Counted from the stretch's first letter, positions 1 to 9,439 are shown. The stretch: 64,000 bases of DNA from Candidatus Spongiisociaceae bacterium (GCA_965219685.1 CBDCOH010000002.1:3744001-3808000), one strand, 5' to 3'. The notes: generated by a model not told the origin, from the letters alone. Program-made: numbers and translations.

Positions 1-1
1 C

Positions 2-508
2 GGGGTGTCCACCAACGATCACGAGCCCGATTCGGTGCTGCGCCTGTTGGAGTCGGGACTGGTGGACACCGTGCAGGTGATCTACAACCTCTTCGACCAG
101 TCGGCACGCGAGCGCCTGCTGCCCCGATGCGAGGAACTCGACATCGGCGTGATCGCCCGCTCTCCATTCGACGAGGGCGGCCTCACCGGTGCCCTCCGCT
201 CCGACGCCGTGTTCGCGGCCGGTGACTGGCGCCGCGGCTACTTCAAAGGCGGCCGCCTGGCCGAGACCGTAGCCCGGGCCGGAGCAGTAGCGGAGACCCT
301 CGCCGAGCACGCCTCCAGCCTCGCCGAAGGCGCACTGCGCTTCTGCCTCAGCGAGGACGCGGTGTCCACCGTTATCCCGGGGATGCGCTCGCCGGCTCAT
401 GTGGACCAGAATTGCGCCGTCTCAGACGGGCGGCTGCTGGTGTCCGAGGTGCTCGAGAAATTGCGGGACCACTCATGGCCGCGCAACTTCTACGCCGATG
501 CGTGGTGA
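2..508 (+). CDS. Aldo/keto reductase, C-terminal part (5' truncated by window)
   Basis: GVS..., QVIYNLFDQ, IGVIARSPFDEGGL and VIPGMRSPAHVDQN are AKR C-terminal motifs; the frame is open from the window edge. Confidence 0.85.
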   Translation, partial: GVSTNDHEPDSVLRLLESGLVDTVQVIYNLFDQSARERLLPRCEELDIGVIARSPFDEGGLTGALRSDAVFAAGDWRRGYFKGGRLAETVARAGAVAETLAEHASSLAEGALRFCLSEDAVSTVIPGMRSPAHVDQNCAVSDGRLLVSEVLEKLRDHSWPRNFYADAW

Positions 509-519
509 GGGGAAGACCG

Positions 520-651
520 ATGTTTGACATCGTCGTGCGCGGCGGCTTCGTCGTAGACGGAACGGGAGCTCCCGGCCGCAACGCCCACATCACATTGAGC
601 CACGAGCACCTGCTGCTCGACACCTCTCATCTGTTCTGGGAGGAGCCTTGA
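520..651 (+). pseudogene. 43-aa chimeric amidohydrolase remnant (D-aminoacylase-like start joined to phosphotriesterase-like HEH segment)
   Basis: MFDIVVRGGFVVDGTGAPG followed by ITLSHEHLLLD and an early TGA. Confidence 0.6.
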
Positions 652-719
652 CGCCGAGGTCATCCGGTGGAATCTCGCCGAGCACGGTACGGACCGTGGC
701 CATGAGTTAACAGCTTCCC

Positions 720-1622
720 TCAGTTCTGCTGATCCTCATCGGAGACGTCGAGTTGGAGGAGGCGGGCTGCGTTGTTGCCGAGGTAGGCGTCGATGTCGTC
801 GTCGGTGAGGTCGGGGAGGCCGGGGGCGATGTTGAGCTCTCTGGCGAGGCGGGGGAAGGACTTGATGTAGGGGACGTCTTCGCGGCAGTCGTAGTTGTCG
901 GTGCCCCAGAGACACTTGTCGAGGACCTTGAAGTGCTTGGCGTACTTCAAGAACCGCACATTGGCCTCCAACGGCTGGAGGAAACCCCACCAGCCGGTCC
1001 CGGCGTACATGTTGCGGTTCTTCAGCATCATCATCACGACCTCTTCGTAGTAGTTGAATCCGGCGTGGACCACGATCAGCTTCAAGTCGGGGAACCGAAC
1101 CGAAACTCTGTCCAGATGCAGGGGATGCTGCTGGCTCAACAAGTCGTATCCGGCCCACCCGGTGTGGACCTGGATGATCATCCCGAGCTCCTCGGCCTTC
1201 TCGTAGATGGGCATGATCCGCTCGTCGTCGAGGTTCATGTCGTAGTCAGGCGCCGGTGTGATCTTCATACCGATGAGACCCATGTCTACGATCTCCTCCA
1301 TCTCCCGCAGGGCGGGGAGGCCGCCGAGGAGGTCGACGCTACCCATGCCGATCAGCCGATCGGGGAATTTGGCCACCTCGCCCGCCACGAACTCGGACGG
1401 CACGTGGGCGTTCAGATGAGGCATCTTGATCGCGTGACTAATGGCTTTGTCGACGCCTGCTTCGTCCATACGGGCGACCATCTCTTCGCCGCTCATGCCC
1501 TGGTTCAGGCCCGTCTTCTCACCGATCTCGGTCCAACCGGCGGCGATCATCGCGTCGTCCATCATGGTCAGGTCGCCCCAACTGTTCGGCTCCGATAGCC
1601 AGACGTGGGTGTCAATGATCAT
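720..1622 (-). CDS. Amidohydrolase_2 family protein
   Basis: IIDTH start, HTG, HAG and GTD motifs; GGGGAG RBS before ATG 1622. Confidence 0.85.
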   Translation of the reverse strand: MIIDTHVWLSEPNSWGDLTMMDDAMIAAGWTEIGEKTGLNQGMSGEEMVARMDEAGVDKAISHAIKMPHLNAHVPSEFVAGEVAKFPDRLIGMGSVDLLGGLPALREMEEIVDMGLIGMKITPAPDYDMNLDDERIMPIYEKAEELGMIIQVHTGWAGYDLLSQQHPLHLDRVSVRFPDLKLIVVHAGFNYYEEVVMMMLKNRNMYAGTGWWGFLQPLEANVRFLKYAKHFKVLDKCLWGTDNYDCREDVPYIKSFPRLARELNIAPGLPDLTDDDIDAYLGNNAARLLQLDVSDEDQQN

Positions 1623-1698
1623 GGACACTCCCCATTCAAGCGATTGCGCGTACTCTGCCCGGATCGCAAGCGCCGATACCGAGCCGCGCTCACCATAC

Positions 1699-1942
1699 CT
1701 ATGTGATTAGTTCCTAGTCGGTAGTCAGTAGTCAGTAGTCAGCAATCGGTAGTTACCGTTAGGTCGGATCACTTGCCATCCTCCATAGCATTGTTCGGGT
1801 CTCGCGGTTTACACCCGGGGGGGTGAGGGGTCCGAGTCCAGAAACAGACGTATAACAAGTTGCAGATGTATTGTACGGCGTTGTATAGCACATAGTAGAG
1901 TACGGTCGCTTCCGGTTAGATCCCTTGGAACTACTCGTCTAG
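1699..1942. mobile_element. MITE-like dispersed element, copy A (inverted relative to copy B)
   Basis: Three blocks of 19/19, 30/31 and 19/19 identity to 16885-17163; imperfect 19-bp inverted ends; internal TAGTCRG heptamers. Confidence 0.65.
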
Positions 1943-2281
1943 CTCGCATGGGCGGCACGTAGCGGGCAGGTCTGCGAGTGATCACGGAGTCGAAAGTGCA
2001 AGTGGTGGCCACCGGCCTGGACCTCAAGGGCGCCAGACGTCGGGGTTGAGACTGAGACTCCTCCATCCGGATCCAACACTCCGGGCCGGAACACGGGCGG
2101 ATACGCTTGCGTGACCAAGGCGAACTCGACCTCAACGGCCAAAACGCGCTGCGCACCAGGGGAAACCCTCATTGTCAGGGGTCGACCAGCTCGTCGGACC
2201 CGCATCAACCCGTCAAAACCAGTTGCGCGTACTACCTGCCTAGTGGATAATCCACCTAGCGACCCGAGGAGGAGGGTGCTC

Positions 2282-3520
2282 ATGGCAGAAGGCCGCGATC
2301 CGATCAGCAGGAGGGACTTCGTAAAGCTAGCCGGCAAGGGGGCGGTCGTAGCGGGCGCCATGCCGGCCGTGCTGGCCGCCTGCGGTGAGGATGCTCCACC
2401 CGAGACGGTGGTCGTGACATCGATCGTCACCGAGATCGAAGAGAAGATCGTCACCGAGACCGAGACGATTATCGAGACCGTAGTCGAGGAAGCGCCCACC
2501 ACCACCCTCAGCCCGCGTGACGCAGGGTTGGCCGCGGAGAACGGTGCCGACCTCCTCATCTACGCCCCGCCCGGGCGGGAGATCCCGACGCAGTGGCCGG
2601 GTTACCTCGGCAGGTTCCCGGAGCCGCAGTTCGCAGCGACCGCCGGAAGCTTCGCCTCGCTCGGTGAGTTGCAGCTGGGCGCCATCGAGCCTGACATCTG
2701 GAACCCGTGCTTCGCGGTGTTCGATACTGCGGTGAGCGAGGGTTTGGTGCAGGCGTGGGATACGGACCTGATCCCCAACTTCGCGGACCTGAACCCGAAC
2801 CTGACCGCGGCAACCTCGCGCGACGGCAACCAGTACGCCATTCCGCTGCTGTACGGCCTGGCGATCCCCATCTACCGGGCAGACCTGTACACGCCGAAGG
2901 AGAACTCCTACTCCATCCTCTTCGACGAGGATCTGGCGGGGAAGGTCACCTGGACGGACTCGGCCGAGTGGTTCGTGGTAGCCGGCAAGCTTCCGGAGAA
3001 CAACGTGGCCAACCCCCTGGATCCGACCGAGGAGGAACTGGACCGCCTCGTCGAGTTCATGAAGAGAAAGATCAGGATTGTTCCGGCCGCTCTGTACAGC
3101 GATCTGGCCACCAACCAGACCGATCTGGCTACGGGCAACATCGTGGCCTCGTACGTCGCGCCTACCCAGTGGATCGAGTTGACCAAGCAGGGTGTCGACA
3201 TCGCCTTCATCACCCCGGACGAGGGCTTCATCGGGTTCTCGTGCGGCTATTTCCTGATGGCCGGCGCCGATCAGTACTACCACGCCCACGAGTGGGTCAA
3301 TGCGGCGGTCAGTGTCGAGGCGGCCCTGACCATCTCGAACAAGTTCAACTTCGGGAACTCCAACCTGAAGGCGACTGCGGTCGACAACCCGTTGCTGGTG
3401 GACGTGATGGGACTGGGTAACCCCTCCGCTCTGGACGGGGTCTCGCTGCTCGACAAGATGCAGAACATCGACCGGCTGAACGACGCGTGGATCGAGGTTA
3501 AGGCGGCAGCCGGAGTCTGA
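2282..3520 (+). CDS. PotD/PotF-like ABC substrate-binding lipoprotein, Tat signal
   Basis: SRRDFVK twin-arginine motif, LAAC lipobox, IPNFADLNP and YAIPL motifs; GGAGG RBS; heads a Pot-type operon. Confidence 0.85.
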   Translation: MAEGRDPISRRDFVKLAGKGAVVAGAMPAVLAACGEDAPPETVVVTSIVTEIEEKIVTETETIIETVVEEAPTTTLSPRDAGLAAENGADLLIYAPPGREIPTQWPGYLGRFPEPQFAATAGSFASLGELQLGAIEPDIWNPCFAVFDTAVSEGLVQAWDTDLIPNFADLNPNLTAATSRDGNQYAIPLLYGLAIPIYRADLYTPKENSYSILFDEDLAGKVTWTDSAEWFVVAGKLPENNVANPLDPTEEELDRLVEFMKRKIRIVPAALYSDLATNQTDLATGNIVASYVAPTQWIELTKQGVDIAFITPDEGFIGFSCGYFLMAGADQYYHAHEWVNAAVSVEAALTISNKFNFGNSNLKATAVDNPLLVDVMGLGNPSALDGVSLLDKMQNIDRLNDAWIEVKAAAGV

Positions 3521-3545
3521 TCCACACCCGAGCCAACGAGTTCAG

Positions 3546-3641
3546 GAGGGTGCCGGGTTACCGACGGTCTCAGGCGACTGGTGAGAACCCGTCTCTGTCC
3601 GGCACCCTCTCGGGTCGGTAGGCCATGAAACCTGCCGACCC
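3546..3641 (+). other. Two GC-rich intercistronic stem-loops after the SBP gene
   Basis: GAGGGTGCCGG...CCGGCACCCTC and GGGTCGGTAGG...CCTGCCGACCC inverted repeats; no U-tract. Confidence 0.55.
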
Positions 3642-3647
3642 CTACCA

Positions 3648-4571
3648 TTGAGTTCCGTGGTCTCAGAGAACGACGCTTCCGGGAAGAAAGGTCGCGTAGC
3701 CAGCCTGGCGCGCCGCCGTCACCGGGTGACGCGCTCCCTGCTGGCGCTGCCGCTCGGCTGGCTGCTGCTGTTCTTCGTGATCCCGGTGTCACTGGTCGTC
3801 CTCTATAGCGTCGGGATACTGGCCACCTTCACCAAGGAGGAGGGGGTCAGCCTGGAGAGTTGGAGGCTGTTCCTCACCGGCGAGAACGTCTACATGCTGC
3901 TGTTCATCAAGTCGTTCCGCATGGCTCTCATCGTGGCGGTGGTCGTGGTGATCCTCGCCTACCCGATCGCCTACTTCCTGGCGATGATCGCCGACAAGTA
4001 CAAGTACTCGTTGTTGCTCCTGATGATCGCCCCCTTCATGACCAACTTCTTCATGCGGGTGATGGCGTGGAAGGTGCTGCTGGGCAGGCAGGGGGTGATC
4101 AACTCCTTCCTGTTCTGGTCGGGTCTGCGCGAGGAGGGGAATCCCATCGAGGGCCTCGCCTTCGGGGAGATCCCGGTCATGATCGTGCTGGGATACGTGT
4201 GGATCCCGTTCGTCATGCTGCCGATGTTCGCAGCGATGATCAGCATGGACCGCCGGCTGCTGGAGGCCGCCGCCGACCTGGGAGCGAGCCGGTGGCGGGC
4301 CTTCTGGAAGGTGACCTTCCCGCTCAGCCTCCCCGGAGTGGTGGCGTCCTTCTTCTTCGTGTTCATCCCGACCATCGGAGAGTTCGTGGTGCCCAAGCTG
4401 GTGGGCGGAACCCGGGGCTACATGTTCGGGAGCGCCATCGACGACCTGTTCGGTATGGGTCTCGACTGGCGGACAGGATCCGTGCTGTCCCTCTGGCTCG
4501 TGATGGCGGTGTTCGTCCTGGCGCTGTTGTTCATGCGCTTGGTGCGTTTCGGGAGGCTGGCCGAATCATGA
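3648..4571 (+). CDS. ABC permease, PotB-like
   Basis: Multiple TM segments; LLEAAADLGAS EAA motif. Confidence 0.9.
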   Translation: MSSVVSENDASGKKGRVASLARRRHRVTRSLLALPLGWLLLFFVIPVSLVVLYSVGILATFTKEEGVSLESWRLFLTGENVYMLLFIKSFRMALIVAVVVVILAYPIAYFLAMIADKYKYSLLLLMIAPFMTNFFMRVMAWKVLLGRQGVINSFLFWSGLREEGNPIEGLAFGEIPVMIVLGYVWIPFVMLPMFAAMISMDRRLLEAAADLGASRWRAFWKVTFPLSLPGVVASFFFVFIPTIGEFVVPKLVGGTRGYMFGSAIDDLFGMGLDWRTGSVLSLWLVMAVFVLALLFMRLVRFGRLAES

Positions 4572-5449
4572 TCGACATCGCCACTTCCAAGCTGGCCAAA
4601 TGGGTCCTGATCGGGATATTCATCCTCGAGATCATCTTCCTCTACGCCCCCGTCACCCTGCTCTACATCTTCTCGTTCAACCAGGGAAGCGTCGTCGGCT
4701 TCCCCTTCTCCGGGTTCACGTTCGACTGGTACGAGACGGCTTTCACCAACCGCGGCCTCCTGCTCTCGATCCGTACCAGCGCGACGATCGCCCTCATGTC
4801 AAGCACCGCCTCCATCGTGGTGGGCCTACTGATGGCCATTCCCCTGGCCCGGCGCAAGTTCAAGGCCAAGACGCCGATCATGGCCCTCGTACTGAGCCCG
4901 CTGGTGGTGCCCCACCTGGTGTTCGGCGTCGCGTTGCTGATCACCTTCCGGAGTGTCTCCCTCGTCACGAACGACGCCATCGAGTTCCCCTTGTCGTTGC
5001 CGGCCGTGGCTATCGGGCATGTTGTCGTCCTGATGCCGCTGATCGTCCTGATCCTGATACCCCGCCTGCAACGTATCGACGCCCACCTCGAGGAGGCGGC
5101 CCAGGACTTGGGGGCCAGCGGTTGGCGGACCTTCCGAACCATCATTCTTCCCCTCATAGCGCCGGCCCTAGCGGCTGCCTACGTGATCTCCTTCATCATC
5201 TCGTTCAACGAGTACGCGGTGGCCGTGTTCGTGAGCGGTCCTACCACCACCTTCCCGATCTACGTTCTGAACGAGTTGCAGGTTCCCGTGAGAGTGCCGC
5301 AGATAATCGCGATCTCGGTGATCGTCGTGACCATCTCGCTGCTGGTAGTGGTCGGCGCCGAATTGATGCGCCGCGTCTTCGAGCGCCGGTACCGGGTACT
5401 CAGCCAGACCGCGGGGTTGCTCGGTGTGGCCGACGCGGATACGGAGTGA
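4568..5449 (+). CDS. ABC permease, PotC-like
   Basis: ATGA overlap with the previous gene; SFN...GFTFDWY and LEEAAQDLGAS motifs. Confidence 0.9.
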   Translation: MIDIATSKLAKWVLIGIFILEIIFLYAPVTLLYIFSFNQGSVVGFPFSGFTFDWYETAFTNRGLLLSIRTSATIALMSSTASIVVGLLMAIPLARRKFKAKTPIMALVLSPLVVPHLVFGVALLITFRSVSLVTNDAIEFPLSLPAVAIGHVVVLMPLIVLILIPRLQRIDAHLEEAAQDLGASGWRTFRTIILPLIAPALAAAYVISFIISFNEYAVAVFVSGPTTTFPIYVLNELQVPVRVPQIIAISVIVVTISLLVVVGAELMRRVFERRYRVLSQTAGLLGVADADTE

Positions 5450-5480
5450 GGATGAGATCGGGGCGAGGGACGGAGGTGTG

Positions 5481-7232
5481 ATGTCGGATCAGGCTTCGTT
5501 GCGCCAGCCCTACTCACGGCGAGTTCACTCCTGGGCGGGCGTGGATCTCGAACGCAACGTCGAGATGCAGACCAGGGACGGTGTGACCTTGCGGAGCGAC
5601 ATCTACCGGCCGCTGGGCAAGGGTCCCTGGCCGGTGCTCATCCACCGCACCCCCTACGGCAAGGACTTCGTGCACGATGGTCACTACCTGCACCCGGGCT
5701 GGTACGTGCGGCACGGTTTCGTGGTGGTGGTGCAGGACGTGCGGGGCAGGTTCGGGTCGGACGGCGTATTCGTGCCGTACCTCAACGAACTGGAGGACGG
5801 CTACGACACGGTTGAGTGGGCGGCCGGCCTGGAGGGTTCCAACGGGCGGGTCGGCATGTACGGGGCCAGCTATCCCGGGATGGTGCAGTACCTGGCGGCG
5901 GTCGAGACTCCCCCGAGCCTGGGAGCGATCTCACCCACGGTGGCCGCGGCCGACCTCTACAGCCACTGGACCTACGAGGGAGGCGCCCTCCGCCTGTTCG
6001 TTCCCCACTGGACGGCTGGTCTCCTGATGGAGATCGGTGTGCGTCGAGGCGACCCGGCTCTGACAACTCGCGGCCGGGGTATTCGGGCAGTACCGGCGCA
6101 GGCGGGGGCCTGGCTGGGCTCGGCTGCGCCGGTCGATCTGGACCCACTGGAGCACGCCGAGTTCTACAGGGAGTGGCTCGAGCACCCCACCAACGACGAC
6201 TTCTGGAAGGAACGCAGCGCCCTTCACCGGATGGACTCGGTGCAGTGCGCCGTGCTGCACATCGGTGCGTGGTTCGACACCTTCCTCGAGGGCGCCTTGG
6301 TCGCCTACCACGAGTTGGCGGCCCGGGCGGACGGTCCCGAGCAGTGGCTGGTCCTCGGTCCGTGGGGACACCTCCCCGGCGGTGAGTGCATCGGGGACCT
6401 GATCCTGGGCCCGCAGGCCAGGGGCACGGTCCCCCTCGACCAACTCCAGGTCGACTTCTTCCATCGCCATCTCGACGGAGAGGCTCCGGAGACCGGTGAG
6501 AGCCGGGTCCGCTACTACGTGCTGTTCGAGAACCGCTGGCACGACGTCCCGTCCTGGCCCCCGCCCGGTGCCGAGACCACCCTTTACCTGCGCTCGGATG
6601 GGACGGCCAACACGGTGGGCGGCGACGGTCGTCTCGACGAGTCTCCCCCGGAGCAGCCGGAGCCGGCCGACCTGTACCACTTCGTCCCCCGGATCCCCGT
6701 GGCGGCGGCGGGCGGGCACACCTGCTGCGACGAGAACGCCATGCCCGCCGGCCCACGTAGCCAGCACTTCCTGGAGAGGCTGCCGGAGATCCTCGTCTAC
6801 TCGACCGAGCCCTTCACCGAGGAGGTCACCATCGCCGGTCCGGTCACCGCCCGTCTGTGGACGGCCACCGAGGCGGTCTCAGCCGACTACGTCACCCGGT
6901 TGTGCCTGGTCCACAACGGCCGGTCGCTCAACATCAGCGACGGGATAAGGCGGATGACGGCGGAAGATCTGGCCGATGCTCGGGACGAGGACGGGGTGGC
7001 CGAGGTGGAGATCCGGATGCAGTCCACCGCCGCGCTCATCCGCCCCGGCGACGAACTGCGCCTCCACGTCACCAGCGGCGCCTTCCCTGCCTTCGACATC
7101 AACCCCCAGACCGGGGATCTGCCCGCCATGACCCCGACCTGGGACGGGATAGCGGCGATGCACGGGATCTGCCACGAACCTGGACGGGAATCATCGGTAA
7201 CCTTCACGCTGCACCAAGGAGAGGGATCATGA
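5481..7232 (+). CDS. CocE/NonD family serine hydrolase
   Basis: RDGVTLRSDIYRP, RTPYGK, QDVRGRFGSDG, GASYPG (Ser), WFD and GPWGH. Confidence 0.9.
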   Translation: MSDQASLRQPYSRRVHSWAGVDLERNVEMQTRDGVTLRSDIYRPLGKGPWPVLIHRTPYGKDFVHDGHYLHPGWYVRHGFVVVVQDVRGRFGSDGVFVPYLNELEDGYDTVEWAAGLEGSNGRVGMYGASYPGMVQYLAAVETPPSLGAISPTVAAADLYSHWTYEGGALRLFVPHWTAGLLMEIGVRRGDPALTTRGRGIRAVPAQAGAWLGSAAPVDLDPLEHAEFYREWLEHPTNDDFWKERSALHRMDSVQCAVLHIGAWFDTFLEGALVAYHELAARADGPEQWLVLGPWGHLPGGECIGDLILGPQARGTVPLDQLQVDFFHRHLDGEAPETGESRVRYYVLFENRWHDVPSWPPPGAETTLYLRSDGTANTVGGDGRLDESPPEQPEPADLYHFVPRIPVAAAGGHTCCDENAMPAGPRSQHFLERLPEILVYSTEPFTEEVTIAGPVTARLWTATEAVSADYVTRLCLVHNGRSLNISDGIRRMTAEDLADARDEDGVAEVEIRMQSTAALIRPGDELRLHVTSGAFPAFDINPQTGDLPAMTPTWDGIAAMHGICHEPGRESSVTFTLHQGEGS

Positions 7233-8347
7233 CGGCTAGCTCCTCGTTGAAGTCCGAGGTCGGGATCCACCTCGAGGGCATCACCAAGACCTTCGGTGAG
7301 GTGGTGGCGGTCGACGACGTCGACATCGTCATACGAGAAGGAGAGTTCTTCTCCTTGCTGGGGCCGAGCGGGTGCGGCAAGACGACCAGCCTGCGCATGA
7401 TCGCCGGCTTCGAGGTACCGGACGCGGGCCGGGTTCTGCTGCGCGACAAGGACGTGAGCGGTGACCTGCCCAGCAAGCGCAACGTCAACATGGTCTTCCA
7501 GCACTACGCGCTGTTCCCGCATATGAACGTCGAGGAGAACGTGATGTTCGGGCTGCGCGTGTCCGGCGTGAGGAAGAAGGAGCGCGTCAGGCGCGTAGCC
7601 GAGATACTCGAGATCGTTCGCCTGCCCGGTTTCCAGAAACGCAAGCCCTGGCAGTTGTCCGGGGGTCAGCAGCAGCGGGTGGCCCTGGCCCGGGCGCTCG
7701 TGAACCGTCCGTCGGCCCTGCTGCTCGACGAGCCGCTGGGCGCCCTCGACGTGAAGCTGCGCCGCGAGATGCAGTTGGAGTTGAAGGCCATCCAGCACGA
7801 GTTGGGCACCACCTTCGTCTACGTGACCCACGACCAGGAGGAAGCCCTCACCATGTCCGACCGCATCGCGGTCATGAACCTGGGCCGGGTCGAGCAGACC
7901 GGGACACCACGGGAGATCTACGAGAACCCGGGGTCCTCCTTCGTGGCCGGCTTCATCGGCTCCCTCAACGCCATGGACCTCACGGTGGAGCAGAGGCCGG
8001 AGGGAACCGGTGTCATGTCGGTCGGCGAAGGCCGGGTAATGGCTCGGGTGGGAGCTTCGGTCCACGTCGGAACCGCGGTCCGGGCAGCGGTCCGCCCCGA
8101 ACGCATAGCCCTCGGCCCGGCGAGCGCCCCCGTCCACCCCGAGGGGTCGGTGGTTTTCGGAACGGTCGAGGAAGTGATCTACCTAGGAGCCGTGAGCCTG
8201 TTCCACCTCGACATCCCGGGCCTGGGCCAGTTGGTGAGCCAGCGCATGTCCCACGAGGACGAGTCTGCTTTCCAAACCGGCGACCCGGTGTCGGCCTCCT
8301 GGGAACCTGCCCACACCCTCGTGCTTGAGGTGAACCCCGACGCCTGA
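7229..8347 (+). CDS. ABC ATP-binding protein, PotA-like
   Basis: GPSGCGKT, LSGGQQQR, LLLDEP; TOBE-like tail. Confidence 0.92.
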   Translation: MTASSSLKSEVGIHLEGITKTFGEVVAVDDVDIVIREGEFFSLLGPSGCGKTTSLRMIAGFEVPDAGRVLLRDKDVSGDLPSKRNVNMVFQHYALFPHMNVEENVMFGLRVSGVRKKERVRRVAEILEIVRLPGFQKRKPWQLSGGQQQRVALARALVNRPSALLLDEPLGALDVKLRREMQLELKAIQHELGTTFVYVTHDQEEALTMSDRIAVMNLGRVEQTGTPREIYENPGSSFVAGFIGSLNAMDLTVEQRPEGTGVMSVGEGRVMARVGASVHVGTAVRAAVRPERIALGPASAPVHPEGSVVFGTVEEVIYLGAVSLFHLDIPGLGQLVSQRMSHEDESAFQTGDPVSASWEPAHTLVLEVNPDA

Positions 8348-8464
8348 CCACCGGTCGGTCCGGCGCCCTCTTCGTCCGGCGCCGATACGAGTTGCCAGAA
8401 CGATGCTTCCGGCTTGTCGGATGACCTGGCTTAGGCCAGAATCCGGACGATCTGTCTGGGGGTC

Positions 8465-9439
8465 GTGACAATGGGACCGGAGAAGCGACCGGTAGTTGTA
8501 ATCGCCGAGGTGTTGGCGGCAAGTTGTGCGGACTATCTGCAGGAGAGTTGCGAGGTGGTGACGGCGGCGGGAGAGCCCCGAGACCGTCTCATCGAACTCC
8601 TCACGGACGCCGAAGGGCTGGTGGTTCGCAGCGGCACCCGGGTCGACGGGGAACTGATGGCGGCGGCTCCACGGTTGCGGGTCGTGGGTCGGGCCGGGGT
8701 CGGGGTGGACAACATCGACCTCGACGAGGCCACGCGGCGGGGGATCCTGGTGGTCAACGCTCCGCTGGCGAACAGCGTCTCGGCGGCTGAGCACGCCTTC
8801 GGGCTGATGCTGTCCGTGGCCCGCAACATCGCCCGGGGGGACGCCTCCATACGGTCGGGAAGGTGGGACCGGGCCAAGTTCCGGGGCGTGGAGCTGGATG
8901 GCAAGACCCTCGGCCTAGTGGGCCTGGGGAGGATCGGAACCCTCGTGGCCCAACGTGCCCTGGCCTTCGGCATGAAGGTCCTCGCCTACGATCCCTACAT
9001 CACCGCCGAGCAGGCCCGGGCCGCAGGCGGGGAGCTGAGGGATCTCGACTCGCTACTGGCAGACTCCGATTTCATCTCTCTCCACCTCCCGCGCACCCCG
9101 GAGACGGAGAACCTCCTGGGCAGGGAGGCCTTCGCGAAGGCCAAGCGGGGGATAAGGATCATCAATGCATCCCGGGGCGGGATCATCGACGAGGAAGCCC
9201 TCGTGGAGGCCATCCGGGATGGTCAGGTGGCCGGAGCGGCGCTGGATGTCTACGCCGAGGAGCCGATGACGTCCGGACCCCTCACCGAGATGCCCGAAGT
9301 GGTGCTCACGCCCCATCTGGGAGCCTCCACGGTGGAGGCCCAGAACAAGGCCGGTTTGCACGTTGCGGAGTCGGTAGTGGCCGGCCTCGCGGGTGAACAG
9401 GTGATGGCGGCCGTCAATAAGGTAGTCGGTAGTCGGTAG
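8465..9439 (+). CDS. serA: D-3-phosphoglycerate dehydrogenase, short form without ACT domain
   Basis: RAGVGVDNID, GLGRIG, INASRGG, TPHLGASTVEAQ. Confidence 0.75.
   Translation: MTMGPEKRPVVVIAEVLAASCADYLQESCEVVTAAGEPRDRLIELLTDAEGLVVRSGTRVDGELMAAAPRLRVVGRAGVGVDNIDLDEATRRGILVVNAPLANSVSAAEHAFGLMLSVARNIARGDASIRSGRWDRAKFRGVELDGKTLGLVGLGRIGTLVAQRALAFGMKVLAYDPYITAEQARAAGGELRDLDSLLADSDFISLHLPRTPETENLLGREAFAKAKRGIRIINASRGGIIDEEALVEAIRDGQVAGAALDVYAEEPMTSGPLTEMPEVVLTPHLGASTVEAQNKAGLHVAESVVAGLAGEQVMAAVNKVVGSR

Noticed and set aside
1943-2240. Possible ncRNA or small ORF
   Set aside because: No recognisable family motif or convincing coding signal.
3860-4567. Long N-terminal extensions in the ORF track (also 2111, 6857, 10058, 54593)
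   Set aside because: They overlap real upstream genes or precede better RBS/coupled starts; GC-rich open-frame artefacts.
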